Shown here piece after piece: positions 44,850 through 55,836 of a stretch of DNA of 64,000 bases. Position 1 is the stretch's first letter, and each line of letters starts with the position of its first letter. The stretch lies in the sequence record MZ291552.2. One strand, given 5' to 3'. Under the pieces are notes generated by a model. It made no database searches. It was not told where the DNA came from and worked only from the letters and a program-made list of their open reading frames with translations. Position numbers and translations under genes: made by a program. This stretch comes from Escherichia phage vB_EcoM-UFV09.

Positions 44850-44868
44850 ATTTCCGCCACGCGTTATT

Positions 44869-45694
<826 letters not shown>

Positions 45695-45710
<16 letters not shown>

Positions 45711-46054
45711 TGAAAAGAGTCATGAGCATATCCGCTAGCGTCAATCATTTTAACTAAAGTTACCATTCCTCTGTTAACTGCTTGTGCGATTTCATCAAAA
45801 ACTTCATCACTATCATCGTAAAGATCATTAAAAAGTTCTAACACGTTCTTCTGAACTTTTAATTTACGGCCGACAATTTCCCCTACAGTAAATTCGTTTC
45901 CGCCAAATCCAGCGTAAAATGTAATTACACCCATTAACTGGCTTTCACGGGAATCTATGTCGTGTGATAAATTAATAAAAGCCGTCCCAGGCGCGGTTTT
46001 AAGTTGGCAACGAATTTTTACTTGGGTAATTCCAGTTATATGAATGTTAGACAT
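45695..46054 (-). CDS. Hypothetical protein (frd.2 position)
   Basis: 119-aa ORF. Confidence 0.55.
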
Positions 46055-46064
46055 AATATTTTCC

Positions 46065-46307
46065 TCAGACAGACTTTTTCACAATTTTCCAATCAGCTTT
46101 AAACTGATCAACATCAGAATGATAAATCCAGAATCCTGCGCTTTCTCCATCTTCATAAAGAGGACATCCATCGCATTCATCTTCCCATCCCATATCACGT
46201 AAAAGATGTTCAGCTTTTTCAATGAGTTCAGAATCTTTACCGATGATATTAAAATACCATTTACCTCTAACTTCCGAATCTTTGATGCTCTGGCGTTGTA
46301 ATCTCAT
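46065..46307 (-). CDS. Hypothetical protein (frd.3 position)
   Basis: 80-aa ORF with GAGGAG RBS. Confidence 0.55.
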   Translation of the reverse strand: MRLQRQSIKDSEVRGKWYFNIIGKDSELIEKAEHLLRDMGWEDECDGCPLYEDGESAGFWIYHSDVDQFKADWKIVKKSV

Positions 46308-46335
46308 TTTATTCTCCTCAGTAGTTGATAGGGTA

Positions 46336-46364
46336 ATAGTATCACACTACTACCCTGTTGTAAA
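46336..46364 (-). promoter_or_regulatory. Candidate early promoter (-35 TTTACA, 17 bp, -10 TACTAT)
   Basis: Pattern read on the minus strand upstream of the 80-aa ORF. Confidence 0.35.
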
Positions 46365-46367
46365 CAA

Positions 46368-46670
46368 TTATTTTTGAATTTTATCTAGCCACTTACCAAG
46401 CTTAATCATTTCTTTAGTAGCCTTTTCCATACTTCTGAACTTAACCAATAGAGGATAGGTATCGACACTCATAACTAAATTGGTTGCAAGACTGTGTTCA
46501 CCCACAAGCCATAACGAATACGTTTGAATATCGAGTCCGTAATTTCTGTCTTTATGGACCCGTACACCCATCACTTCAAATTTCTCACTAGCTTTTTCTA
46601 CCGCATCCAGGAAATCATCTTTAGTCATATTAGGCCTTAAAAGTTTTTCGCAAAAGTTCAATGATTTCAT
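46368..46670 (-). CDS. Hypothetical protein
   Basis: 100-aa ORF. Confidence 0.5.
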   Translation of the reverse strand: MKSLNFCEKLLRPNMTKDDFLDAVEKASEKFEVMGVRVHKDRNYGLDIQTYSLWLVGEHSLATNLVMSVDTYPLLVKFRSMEKATKEMIKLGKWLDKIQK

Positions 46671-47016
46671 CTACATTGTTTTCGTCAACAATACAGTGAA
46701 TTTTTGTTACGCCAGAAACTATACCTTCATTAGCGGATTGAGGCTTTTCTAAAGTTACCTCAGTAAAGTATTTGAATTCTTCAGGGTAAATCTCAAAATA
46801 CGTCTCAAGTGGGCCACCCGCCATGTATTCAGTGCCATCTTCCATAGTTACACGTACCACACATTCACCAGTACAATCATCACTTTCCATTTCATCTACA
46901 ACAAAACTAGGTCCGTGCTTCTCTATTAAATTTAGCATCATTACATTGCAACGGCACTCGTTAGCAAAGTCATTTTTAAATAAAGGGTTAATGATATAAG
47001 TTTTTCCAACTTCCAT
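46630..47016 (-). CDS. Hypothetical protein
   Basis: 128-aa ORF. Confidence 0.5.
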   Translation of the reverse strand: MEVGKTYIINPLFKNDFANECRCNVMMLNLIEKHGPSFVVDEMESDDCTGECVVRVTMEDGTEYMAGGPLETYFEIYPEEFKYFTEVTLEKPQSANEGIVSGVTKIHCIVDENNVDEIIELLRKTFKA

Positions 47017-47061
47017 TTTGATTTCCTCATTTTAACGGGGCTATTATAGCCCCCTTGATAA

Positions 47062-47292
47062 TTATTGTTCAATCAATCCCATGTAAAATTCTGCGTCTTC
47101 AGAATCCATACCATCACAATATTCATTAGCCATAAAGCGGGTGAGGTCTTCAAGAGGACCTTCAATGACAATAGAAAAATTGCAATAATTGGGATCATCA
47201 TGAATACTTGTGATACTAAGTTCAGGATAACGATTACGAATAGTCTCTTCAATATATTCAAAATCAACGATGTCAATATCAACTTTAGCCAT
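47062..47292 (-). CDS. Hypothetical acidic small protein
   Basis: 76 aa from MAKVDIDIV with AGAGGA RBS; the track ORF extends upstream. Confidence 0.5.
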   Translation of the reverse strand: MAKVDIDIVDFEYIEETIRNRYPELSITSIHDDPNYCNFSIVIEGPLEDLTRFMANEYCDGMDSEDAEFYMGLIEQ

Positions 47293-47384
47293 ATTATTTT
47301 CCTCTTTAATCATCAGCAGTATTGCCGATAGTTGTATAGTACCATGGAAGGACAAGGATGTAAACAGTTTTGTGAAAAATTTTT

Positions 47385-47415
47385 GAAATAAAAAAAGGGG
47401 ACCTCTAGGGTCCCC
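47385..47415 (-). terminator. Rho-independent terminator downstream of gene 32
   Basis: ggggacc-tctag-ggtcccc hairpin followed on the minus strand by a long U tract. Confidence 0.7.
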
Positions 47416-47437
47416 AATTAATTAGTAATATAATCTA

Positions 47438-48346
47438 TTAAAGGTCATTCAAAAGGTCATCCAGGTCCGTGTCATCAGCACTAGATGAACTGCCAGAGCT
47501 TGAGCTCATAAAATCATCTTCAGTTTTTGTTTTGAAGTCATCAACATTGAATGCATCCAAATCATCAGCAACTTTATCAGCTTTCTTAGCAGCAGTTGCA
47601 GCGGCACCGCCCATCACAGCAGTTCCCATAACTTGACCGAATTTAGTATTCAGTTCTTCAAACGATTTGAATTTATCTTTAGAAGTCATTTCAGAAAGGT
47701 CAACCATTTGTTCGAACAGTTCTTTCTGGAAAGATTCATCGTCAATGTTTGGAATCGCAGATTGATTCAGGAATTTAGATTCGTCGTAGTTACTAAATCC
47801 AGAAACTTGTTTAACTTTCAATACAAAGTTAGCACCTTCCCACGGACAAGTTACATCAACCGGAGTTTCACCCATTTCAACATCAACTGCAATCATTGCA
47901 TTGATTTTATCCCAGATTTTCTTACCGAAACGGTATTTAAATACTTTACCTTCATTTTCTGGAGCAGCTGGGTCTTTTACTACAAGAATGTTAGCCCAGT
48001 AAGAAGTTTTACGTTTAACAAGACCGTACTCTTTATTGTCAGTGTTGTACAAATCATTTTTACTGATGTACTGACATACTGGACAAGAATCGTAATCACC
48101 GTGTGTAGATGAACAGTTTTCAATATACCATTTACCATTTTTCTTGAAACCGTGATTTACAAGAATTGCGAATGGTGCTTGTTCATCATTTTTAGACGGA
48201 AGAAAACGAATTACTGCTTGACCGTTACCCGCATTGTCGAGTTTCAGTTTCCACTCGCCTTTATCTTCAGAAGAAAAACCACCTTTATTTCCAGCCAGTT
48301 TAGCCATTTGTGCAGCGAGTTCAGCAGTAGATTTACGTTTAAACAT
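47438..48346 (-). CDS. 32: Single-stranded DNA-binding protein
   Basis: 302 aa; N-terminus [17 protein letters not shown]; Ser/Asp-rich acidic C-terminus. Confidence 0.95.
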   Translation of the reverse strand: MFKRKSTAELAAQMAKLAGNKGGFSSEDKGEWKLKLDNAGNGQAVIRFLPSKNDEQAPFAILVNHGFKKNGKWYIENCSSTHGDYDSCPVCQYISKNDLYNTDNKEYGLVKRKTSYWANILVVKDPAAPENEGKVFKYRFGKKIWDKINAMIAVDVEMGETPVDVTCPWEGANFVLKVKQVSGFSNYDESKFLNQSAIPNIDDESFQKELFEQMVDLSEMTSKDKFKSFEELNTKFGQVMGTAVMGGAAATAAKKADKVADDLDAFNVDDFKTKTEDDFMSSSSGSSSSADDTDLDDLLNDL

Positions 48347-48430
48347 TTTTATTTCCTTTTTAATTTAATTAACAGTTGGTGCTATGACGATGTATGACCT
48401 CATAGCTGGTCAGTGAGATAATTATAATCT
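48347..48430 (-). promoter_or_regulatory. Gene 32 autoregulatory translational operator (A/U-rich site plus upstream pseudoknot-forming leader)
   Basis: mRNA-sense sequence UUAAUUAAAUUAAAAAGGAAAUAAAAAUG directly before the start codon, with GC-containing complementary segments upstream. Confidence 0.65.
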
Positions 48431-48445
48431 ATTTATAATAAGCAA

Positions 48446-49099
48446 TTAATACTTGCAAGATTTCACAGTTTCAATAAAAACTTTTTTAGCTTCCTGTGAA
48501 TCAATATTTAAAATTTTTCTATAAGCCTTTAACTTTATAGAATAATTATTCCAGACTAAATTATCAGTCTGTTCATCATGTTTATCGATTATATTTAAAA
48601 ACGAATCAAGCAAGATAAACGTCTCAAACGAAATTATATTCGATTGAAGTAGTTTAAAAATATAACTTGACTGAACTTTTGGATTATAATCAAAGATTTC
48701 TTTAAAAGCAGAAACTTCAACTTTTTTACTAAAATAATAAATGTTGCGAATATCTTCTTCAAACTTAAATTTAATTTGCTTTAAGCGTCCGATATATTCA
48801 CGATAAAACACAAGTGCATCAGCGTCAGAGATGTCACCAATCCAAGCATCCTGGTTAGCAACCAGATTGCTTATAAAGATTAAAGCAAGTTCCTTTAATT
48901 TATATTTTTCTGATAACTTCTGAAAAAAATACTTATCCCTTCGCTTTTGATAAGCGGCATCAGACACCCGCATGCACCAATTATACTTAATAACATCATA
49001 CTTTCCATTCATATGTTGTTTTATCATTAAGTATAATTTATAAACTGATTTACCATCAATATATCTTTCACCACCAGCAGGCATGCGGAGTTTAATCAT
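48446..49099 (-). CDS. 59: Helicase loader
   Basis: 217 aa, same as T4 gp59; position between genes 33 and 32. Confidence 0.8.
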   Translation of the reverse strand: MIKLRMPAGGERYIDGKSVYKLYLMIKQHMNGKYDVIKYNWCMRVSDAAYQKRRDKYFFQKLSEKYKLKELALIFISNLVANQDAWIGDISDADALVFYREYIGRLKQIKFKFEEDIRNIYYFSKKVEVSAFKEIFDYNPKVQSSYIFKLLQSNIISFETFILLDSFLNIIDKHDEQTDNLVWNNYSIKLKAYRKILNIDSQEAKKVFIETVKSCKY

Positions 49100-49434
49100 A
49101 GCAGAAAGTCTAACGTATTTGTTTTTTCACAACGAACAACAGAAGGACGTAAAAGATTTTCGTCAATAGCTTCTGACTGAATTTTTTCAATTATACCCGA
49201 AGGAATAAATTTAGCAAATTGAGTTTCAGGAATAGAGTTTTCTTCCAAGAATGCTGTCGTAGCTTCAAGATAACTCATTCCAAACTCTTCTACCATTTTT
49301 TCAATAATAAATCCATTTTCTTGACGATCAAGAAGCTTTGCTATTTCATCCTTTTCTTTCTTAATTGAAAGTTCTTTTTCTGAAAGACCGGTCTCATCGA
49401 CCGGACGAATATCATTTAGAGAAAACTGTGTCAT
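49096..49434 (-). CDS. 33: Late transcription co-activator
   Basis: 112 aa from MTQFSLNDIRPV; synteny. Confidence 0.75.
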   Translation of the reverse strand: MTQFSLNDIRPVDETGLSEKELSIKKEKDEIAKLLDRQENGFIIEKMVEEFGMSYLEATTAFLEENSIPETQFAKFIPSGIIEKIQSEAIDENLLRPSVVRCEKTNTLDFLL

Positions 49435-49681
49435 AAAGTTCAACTACCTCTTCGGTTTCAGCTTCAAACACATCACGGTTATCTTTATGATACAAAGCTA
49501 ATAGACGATTAAACATCTTACCATCAACGCCAAGTTCATCTTTGGCACGAATTCGAATATCTTTAATCAGTTCATTATAACCGGAAATTTTCAGTTTATG
49601 ATCAGATGCTTCTTTGATAAATTTAGCCAAGTCTTCGCCATGGATAGCTTCATCAAATTCAACCATTTCTTTTTTAGCCAT
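49412..49681 (-). CDS. dsbA: Double-stranded DNA-binding protein
   Basis: 89 aa, same as T4 DsbA; position between rnh and gene 33. Confidence 0.7.
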   Translation of the reverse strand: MAKKEMVEFDEAIHGEDLAKFIKEASDHKLKISGYNELIKDIRIRAKDELGVDGKMFNRLLALYHKDNRDVFEAETEEVVELYDTVFSK

Positions 49682-49689
49682 TATTCACC

Positions 49690-50607
49690 TCAAAATTCAT
49701 TAATGCTGTTAGTTAATTTAGAAAGACCAGATTTTACAAAATAAGAATAAATTTTGCCACGCGGTGGTAATTTATATGAATTATAGTAATTCACAATGTT
49801 TGAAGCAATATTATCAGGAATATAATCAAAATCAATTAGAACTAAATTTTCTTTATAACGATTATATTCAGATTCTGTGAGAAGCACCTTAGCTTGTTCA
49901 CGGTCATTAGCAATAGCTTCAACGATTGAAGTTTTCATTGAAGGGGTTCGTTCACCTTCAACTTTGGTAAACCAAAAGTCAGATCGTACTTTAACTGAAG
50001 CAACGTTATCCTTTTTGTCACCTTTAAGGATTTTAGTCATACAGTCAATTTCAGCAGAACCGCTTTTAATTTTAACCCATTTCTTATGCATCGGTGACCA
50101 TTGCTTAACATTTGGATATTTGTGAAGTTGAGTAAAGTCACCATCCGATGAAATGATTAAAATCTTGTGTCCTTCTAAAGAGAACTTTTTAACAAGAACA
50201 GCAATATGGTCATCTGCTTCATACTTATCAATATCCATAACAATGTATGGCATATAAGCTTTCAATTCATCTATAACTTTATGGCTGGATTCAAAATAAC
50301 CTTCCCAGTCCCAAGTTGATTCTTCTCGTGCTTTTCCACGGTTTTTCTTATAATAATACGCGAAATCACGACGCCAGTATCCAGATTTCGCATTATCAAT
50401 ACACAGTACAATTTTAGTGTATCCAAGAGTTTTTGCTTTTTTGACATTAAACTTAATTGAGTTCAATATCAAATGACGAACCATTGATAAATTAATTTTT
50501 TCTTTATCTGGGAAGTTTACCAGAGCAGTTGAAAGCGCAATTTGACTAAAGTCAATAAAGCAAATTCCTTCTTTGTAATCTTCATCCAGCATCATTTCTA
50601 AATCCAT
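49690..50607 (-). CDS. rnh: RNase H / 5'-3' exonuclease (FEN-like)
   Basis: 305 aa from the internal Met; synteny before gene 34. Confidence 0.8.
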   Translation of the reverse strand: MDLEMMLDEDYKEGICFIDFSQIALSTALVNFPDKEKINLSMVRHLILNSIKFNVKKAKTLGYTKIVLCIDNAKSGYWRRDFAYYYKKNRGKAREESTWDWEGYFESSHKVIDELKAYMPYIVMDIDKYEADDHIAVLVKKFSLEGHKILIISSDGDFTQLHKYPNVKQWSPMHKKWVKIKSGSAEIDCMTKILKGDKKDNVASVKVRSDFWFTKVEGERTPSMKTSIVEAIANDREQAKVLLTESEYNRYKENLVLIDFDYIPDNIASNIVNYYNSYKLPPRGKIYSYFVKSGLSKLTNSINEF

Positions 50608-50669
50608 ATGAACCTCGTTCAATTAGTGAGATTTCTATTATATACCATCCAAATCTTAAAGTAAACAAG

Positions 50670-50677
50670 TATAAATA
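50670..50677 (+). promoter_or_regulatory. T4-type late promoter box TATAAATA upstream of gene 34
   Basis: Exact TATAAATA about 35 bp upstream of the gene 34 ATG. Confidence 0.5.
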
Positions 50678-50711
50678 CTTATTATTGAAAACACAATAGG
50701 AGCCCGGGAGA

Positions 50712-53700
50712 ATGGCCGAGATTAAAAGAAAGTTCAGAGCAGAAGACGGTCTGGACGCAGGTGGTGATAAAATAATCAACGTAGCTTTAGCTGATCGTAC
50801 CGTAGGAACTGACGGTGTTAACGTTGATTACTTAATTCAAGAAAACACAGTTCAACAATATGATCCAACTCGTGGATATTTAAAAGATTTTGTAATCATT
50901 TATGATAACCGCTTTTGGGCTGCTATAAATGATATTCCAAAACCAGCAGGAGCTTTTAATAGCGTACGATGGAGAGCGTTACGTACTGATGCAAACTGGA
51001 CAACTGTTTCGTCAGGACCTTATCAATTAAAATCAGGCGAATCGATTTCAGTTAACACTGCAGCGGGTAATGACATTACATTTACTTTGCCATCTTCTCC
51101 AATTGATGGTGATACTATCGTTCTCCAAGATATTGGAGGAAAACCTGGAGTTAACCAGGTTTTAATTACAGCTCCGGTACAAAGCATTGTAAACTTTAGA
51201 GGTCAACAAGTACGCTCAGTACTAATGACTCATCCAAAATCACAGATAGTTTTAATTTTTAGTAATCGTCTGTGGCAAATGTATGTTGCTGATTATAGCA
51301 GAGAAGCGGCAGTTGTAACGCCAGCGAGTCTTTATCAAGCGCAATCAAACGATTTTATCGTGCGTAGATTTACTTCTGCTTCAGCAATTAATATTAAACT
51401 TCCTAGATTTGCTAATCATGGGGATATTATTAATTTTGTTGATTTAGATAAATTAAATCCGTTATATCATACTATCGTTACTACATACGATGAAACGACT
51501 TCAGTACAAGAAGTTGGAACTCATTCCATTGAAGGCCGTACATCTATTGATGGTTTCTTAATGTTTGATGATAATGAGAAATTGTGGAGATTATTTGACG
51601 GTGATAGTAAAGCGCGTTTACGCATTATAACAACTAATTCAAACATTCGTCCAAATGAAGAAGTCATGGTATTTGGCGCGAATAATGGAACAACTCAAAC
51701 GATTGAACTTCAGCTTCCAACTGATATTTCTATCGGTGATACTGTTAAGATTTCCATGAATTACATGAGAAAAGGACAAACAGTTAAAATCAAAGCTGCC
51801 GGTGAAGATAAAATTGCTTCTTCAGTTCAATTGTTGCAATTTCCAAAACGTTCAGAATACCCACCTGAAACTAAATGGGTGACTGTTCAAGAATTAGTTT
51901 TTAACGGCGAAACTAATTATGTTCCAGTTTTACAGCTTGCTTATATCGAAGATTCCGATGGAAAATATTGGGTTGTACAGCAAAACGTTCCAACAGTTGA
52001 AAGAGTAGACTCTTTAAATAATTCTACTAGAGCAAGATTAGGTGTAATTGCATTAGCTACACAGGCTCAAGCTAATGCAGATTTAGAAAATTCTCCACAA
52101 AAAGAATTGGCAATTACTCCAGAAACGTTAGCTAATCGTACTGCTACAGAAACTCGTAGAGGTATTGCAAGAATAGCAACAACTGCGCAAGTAAACCAGG
52201 ATACCACATTCTCTTTTGCAGATGACCTTATCATCACTCCTAAAAAGTTGAATGAAAGAACTGCTACAGAAACTCGCAGAGGTGTCGCAGAAATTGCTAC
52301 GCAGCAGGAAACTAATACAGGTACTGATGATACTACAATCATTACTCCTAAAAAGCTTCAAGCTCGCCAAGGTTCTGAATCATTATCTGGTATTGTAACT
52401 TTTGTATCTACTGCAGGAGCTACTCCAGCTTCTAGCCGCGAATTAAATGGTACGAATGTTTATAATAAAAACACTAATAACTTAGTTGTTTCACCTAAAG
52501 CCTTGGATCAGTATAAAGCTACTCCAACACAGCAAGGTGCGGTAATTTTAGCAGTTGAAAGTGAAGTAATTGCTGGACAAAGTCAAGAAGGATGGGCAAA
52601 TGCGGTTGTAACGCCAGAAACGTTACATAAAAAGACATCAACTGATGGAAGAATTGGTTTAATTGAAATTGCTACTCAAAGTGAAGTTAATACAGGAACT
52701 GATTATACTCGTGCAGTCACTCCTAAAACTTTAAATGACCGTAGAGCAACTGAAAGTTTAAGTGGTATAGCTGAAATTGCTACACAAGTTGAATTCGACG
52801 CAGGCGTCGACGATACTCGTATCTCTACACCATTAAAAATTAAAACTAGATTTAATAGTACTGATCGTACTTCAATTGCTACACAAGTTGAATTCGACGC
52901 AGGCGTCGACGATACTCGTATCTCTACACCATTAAAAATTAAAACTAGATTTAATAGTACTGATCGTACTTCTGTTGTTGCTCTATCTGGATTAGTTGAA
53001 TCAGGAACTCTCTGGGACCATTATACCCTTAATATTCTTGAAGCAAATGAGACACAACGTGGTACACTTCGTGTGGCTACACAAGTTGAAGCTGCTGCCG
53101 GAAAATTAGATAATGTTTTAATAACTCCTAAAAAGCTTTTAGGTACTAAATCTACCGAATCGCAAGAAGGTGTTATTAAAGTTGCAACTCAGTCTGAAAC
53201 TGTGGCTGGAACGTCAGTAAACACTGCTGTATCTCCAAAAAATTTAAAATGGATTGTACAGAGTGAACCTACCTGGGCAGCTACTACTGCGATAAGAGGT
53301 TTTGTTAAAACTTCATCTGGTTCAATTACATTTGTCGGTAATGATACAGTCGGTTCTACCCAAGATTTAGAACTGTATGAGAAAAATAGCTATGCAGTAT
53401 CACCATATGAATTAAACCGTGTATTAGCAAATTATTTGCCATTAAAAGCAAAAGCTGCAGATAGTAATTTATTGGATGGTCTAGATTCATCTCAGTTCAT
53501 TCGTAGGGACATTGCGCAGACGGTTAATGGTTCACTAACCTTAACCCAACAAACGAATCTGAGTGCCCCTCTTGTATCATCTAGTACTGCTACGTTTGGT
53601 GGATCAGTTTCAGCAAATAGTACATTAACTATTTCTAATACTGGAACAGCAACTCGATTGATTTTTGAGAAAGGACCTCAAACTGGAACAAACCCAGCCC

Positions 53701-54680
53701 AAACGATGACTGTTAGAGTGTGGGGAAATCAATTTAGTGGGGAATTAGATACAACACGTTCTACCGTATTTGAAGTTAGTGATGAAACATCTAGTCATTT
53801 TTATTCTCAGCGCAATAAAGCCGGAAATATAACATTTAATATCAACGGTACAGTAACACCGATAAATGTTAATGCTTCAGGAACATTGAATGCAAATGGC
53901 GTAGCAACATTTGGTAATTCAGTCACTGCAACTGGTGAAATTATTTCTCGAAGCGCAAATGCTTTCCGTGCTATTAACGGAAATTATGGTTTCATTGTTC
54001 GCAATGATGGATCAGTAACGAATTTTATGCTTACTGCATCGGGTGATCAGACTGGTGGATTTAACGGATTACGTCCTTTGGCTATTAATAATGCATCTGG
54101 TCAAGTAACGATTGGTGAAAGCTTAATCATCGCCAAAGGTGCTACTATAAATTCTGGTGGTTTAACTGTTAATTCGAGAATTCGTTCTCAAGGTACTAAA
54201 ACTTCTGATTTATATACCCGTGCGCCAACATCTGATACTGTAGGATTCTGGTCAATTGATATTAATGATTCAGCTACTTATAACCAGTTCCCCGGTTATT
54301 TTAAAATGGTTGAAAAAACTAATGAAGTGACTGGACTTCCGTACTTAGAACGTGGCGAAGAAGTTAAATCTCCTGGTACACTGACACAGTTTGGTAACAC
54401 ACTTGATTCGCTTTACCAAGATTGGATTACTTATCCAACGACACCAGAAGCGCGTACCACTCGTTGGACCCGCACATGGCAGAAAACCAAAAATTCTTGG
54501 TCAAGTTTTGTTCAGGTATTTGATGGAGGTAACCCTCCTCAACCGTCTGATATCGGTGCTTTACCATCTGATAATGCTACAATGGGGAATCTTACTATTC
54601 GTGATTTCTTACGAATTGGTAATGTTCGCATTATTCCTGACCCAGTGAATAAAACTGTTAAATTTGAATGGGTTGAATAA
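50712..54680 (+). CDS. 34: Long tail fibre proximal subunit
   Basis: 1322 aa (T4 gp34 1289 aa); characteristic repeated ITPK/ATE-RRG-A-IAT motifs; starts the tail fibre operon. Confidence 0.9.
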   Translation: MAEIKRKFRAEDGLDAGGDKIINVALADRTVGTDGVNVDYLIQENTVQQYDPTRGYLKDFVIIYDNRFWAAINDIPKPAGAFNSVRWRALRTDANWTTVSSGPYQLKSGESISVNTAAGNDITFTLPSSPIDGDTIVLQDIGGKPGVNQVLITAPVQSIVNFRGQQVRSVLMTHPKSQIVLIFSNRLWQMYVADYSREAAVVTPASLYQAQSNDFIVRRFTSASAINIKLPRFANHGDIINFVDLDKLNPLYHTIVTTYDETTSVQEVGTHSIEGRTSIDGFLMFDDNEKLWRLFDGDSKARLRIITTNSNIRPNEEVMVFGANNGTTQTIELQLPTDISIGDTVKISMNYMRKGQTVKIKAAGEDKIASSVQLLQFPKRSEYPPETKWVTVQELVFNGETNYVPVLQLAYIEDSDGKYWVVQQNVPTVERVDSLNNSTRARLGVIALATQAQANADLENSPQKELAITPETLANRTATETRRGIARIATTAQVNQDTTFSFADDLIITPKKLNERTATETRRGVAEIATQQETNTGTDDTTIITPKKLQARQGSESLSGIVTFVSTAGATPASSRELNGTNVYNKNTNNLVVSPKALDQYKATPTQQGAVILAVESEVIAGQSQEGWANAVVTPETLHKKTSTDGRIGLIEIATQSEVNTGTDYTRAVTPKTLNDRRATESLSGIAEIATQVEFDAGVDDTRISTPLKIKTRFNSTDRTSIATQVEFDAGVDDTRISTPLKIKTRFNSTDRTSVVALSGLVESGTLWDHYTLNILEANETQRGTLRVATQVEAAAGKLDNVLITPKKLLGTKSTESQEGVIKVATQSETVAGTSVNTAVSPKNLKWIVQSEPTWAATTAIRGFVKTSSGSITFVGNDTVGSTQDLELYEKNSYAVSPYELNRVLANYLPLKAKAADSNLLDGLDSSQFIRRDIAQTVNGSLTLTQQTNLSAPLVSSSTATFGGSVSANSTLTISNTGTATRLIFEKGPQTGTNPAQTMTVRVWGNQFSGELDTTRSTVFEVSDETSSHFYSQRNKAGNITFNINGTVTPINVNASGTLNANGVATFGNSVTATGEIISRSANAFRAINGNYGFIVRNDGSVTNFMLTASGDQTGGFNGLRPLAINNASGQVTIGESLIIAKGATINSGGLTVNSRIRSQGTKTSDLYTRAPTSDTVGFWSIDINDSATYNQFPGYFKMVEKTNEVTGLPYLERGEEVKSPGTLTQFGNTLDSLYQDWITYPTTPEARTTRWTRTWQKTKNSWSSFVQVFDGGNPPQPSDIGALPSDNATMGNLTIRDFLRIGNVRIIPDPVNKTVKFEWVE
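52775..52972 (+). repeat. Perfect 99-bp in-frame tandem duplication inside gene 34 (33 aa duplicated)
   Basis: Two identical 99-nt units; encoded IATQVEFDAGVDDTRISTPLKIKTRFNSTDRTS appears twice in succession. Confidence 0.85.
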
Positions 54681-54688
54681 GAGGTATT

Positions 54689-55804
54689 ATGGAAAAATTT
54701 ATGGCAGAGTTTGGACAAGGATATGTCCAAACGCCATTTTTATCGGAAAGCAATTCAGTAAGATATAAAATAAGCATAGCGGGTTCTTGCCCGCTTTCTA
54801 CAGCAGGATCATACGTTAAATTTCAGGATAATCCTGTAGGAAGTCAAACATTTAGTGCAGGTCTTCATTTAAGAGTTTTTGACCCTTCCACGGGAGCATT
54901 GGTTGATAGTAAGTCATATGTTTTTTCTACTTCAAATGATACAACATCTGCTGCTTTTGTTAGTTTCATGAATTCTTTTTCAAGCAATAGACTTGTTGCC
55001 ATATTAACTAGCGGAAAGGTTAATTTTCCTCCTGAAGTAGTATCTTGGTTAAGAACGGCAGGAACATCTGCTTTTCCATCTGATTCTTTATTGTCAAGAT
55101 TTGATGTATCATATGCTGCCTTTTACACTTCTTCTAAAAGAGCTATCGCACTAGAGCATGTTAAACTGAGTAACAGAAAAAGCACAGATGACTATCAAAC
55201 TATATTAGATGTAGTATTTGACAGTTTAGAAGATGTTGGAGCGACAGGATTTCCTAAAAGAACATATGAAAGCGTTGAGCAATTTATGTCAGCTGTTGGT
55301 GGAACTAATAACGAAATTGCACGTCTACCTACAGCATCTGCAATAAGTAAACTTTCTGACTATAATTTAATTCCTGGAGATGTTCTTTATCTTAAAGCAC
55401 AACTATATGCTGATGCTGATTTACTTGCTCTTGGAACTACAAATATATCTATCCGTTTTTATAATGCGTCGAATGGATATATTTCCTCGACACAAGCTGA
55501 GTTTACCGGACAAGCTGGGTCTTGGGAATTAAAGGAAGATTATGTAGTTGTTCCTGAAAATGCAGTTGGATTTACGATATATGCACAGAGAACTGCTCAA
55601 GCGGGACAAGGCGGTATGCGAAATTTAAGCTTTTCTGAAGTATCAAGAAACGGCGGTATTTCAAAACCTGCTGAATTTGGCGTCAATGGTATTCGTGTTA
55701 ATTATATCTGTGAATCTGCTTCACCTCCGGATATAATGGTACTTCCTACGCAAGCATCGTCTAAAACTGGTAAAGTGTTTGGACAGGAATTTAGAGAAGT
55801 TTAA
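54689..55804 (+). CDS. 35: Long tail fibre hinge connector
   Basis: 371 aa (T4 gp35 372 aa); synteny. Confidence 0.85.
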   Translation: MEKFMAEFGQGYVQTPFLSESNSVRYKISIAGSCPLSTAGSYVKFQDNPVGSQTFSAGLHLRVFDPSTGALVDSKSYVFSTSNDTTSAAFVSFMNSFSSNRLVAILTSGKVNFPPEVVSWLRTAGTSAFPSDSLLSRFDVSYAAFYTSSKRAIALEHVKLSNRKSTDDYQTILDVVFDSLEDVGATGFPKRTYESVEQFMSAVGGTNNEIARLPTASAISKLSDYNLIPGDVLYLKAQLYADADLLALGTTNISIRFYNASNGYISSTQAEFTGQAGSWELKEDYVVVPENAVGFTIYAQRTAQAGQGGMRNLSFSEVSRNGGISKPAEFGVNGIRVNYICESASPPDIMVLPTQASSKTGKVFGQEFREV

Positions 55805-55809
55805 ATTGA

Positions 55810-55836
55810 GGGAGCCTTCGGGTTCCCTTTTTCTTT
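55810..55836 (+). terminator. Hairpin terminator after gene 35
   Basis: gggagcc-ttcg-ggttccc followed by a T tract. Confidence 0.6.

Noticed and set aside
47633-48397. Plus-strand ORFs (159 and 81 aa) overlapping gene 32
   Set aside because: They are antisense to the unmistakable gene 32 coding sequence.
52067-52370. Two minus-strand ORFs (91 and 80 aa) inside gene 34
   Set aside because: They are antisense to a long, clearly coding tail fibre gene with repetitive sequence; open antisense frames are expected by chance there and have no start signals.
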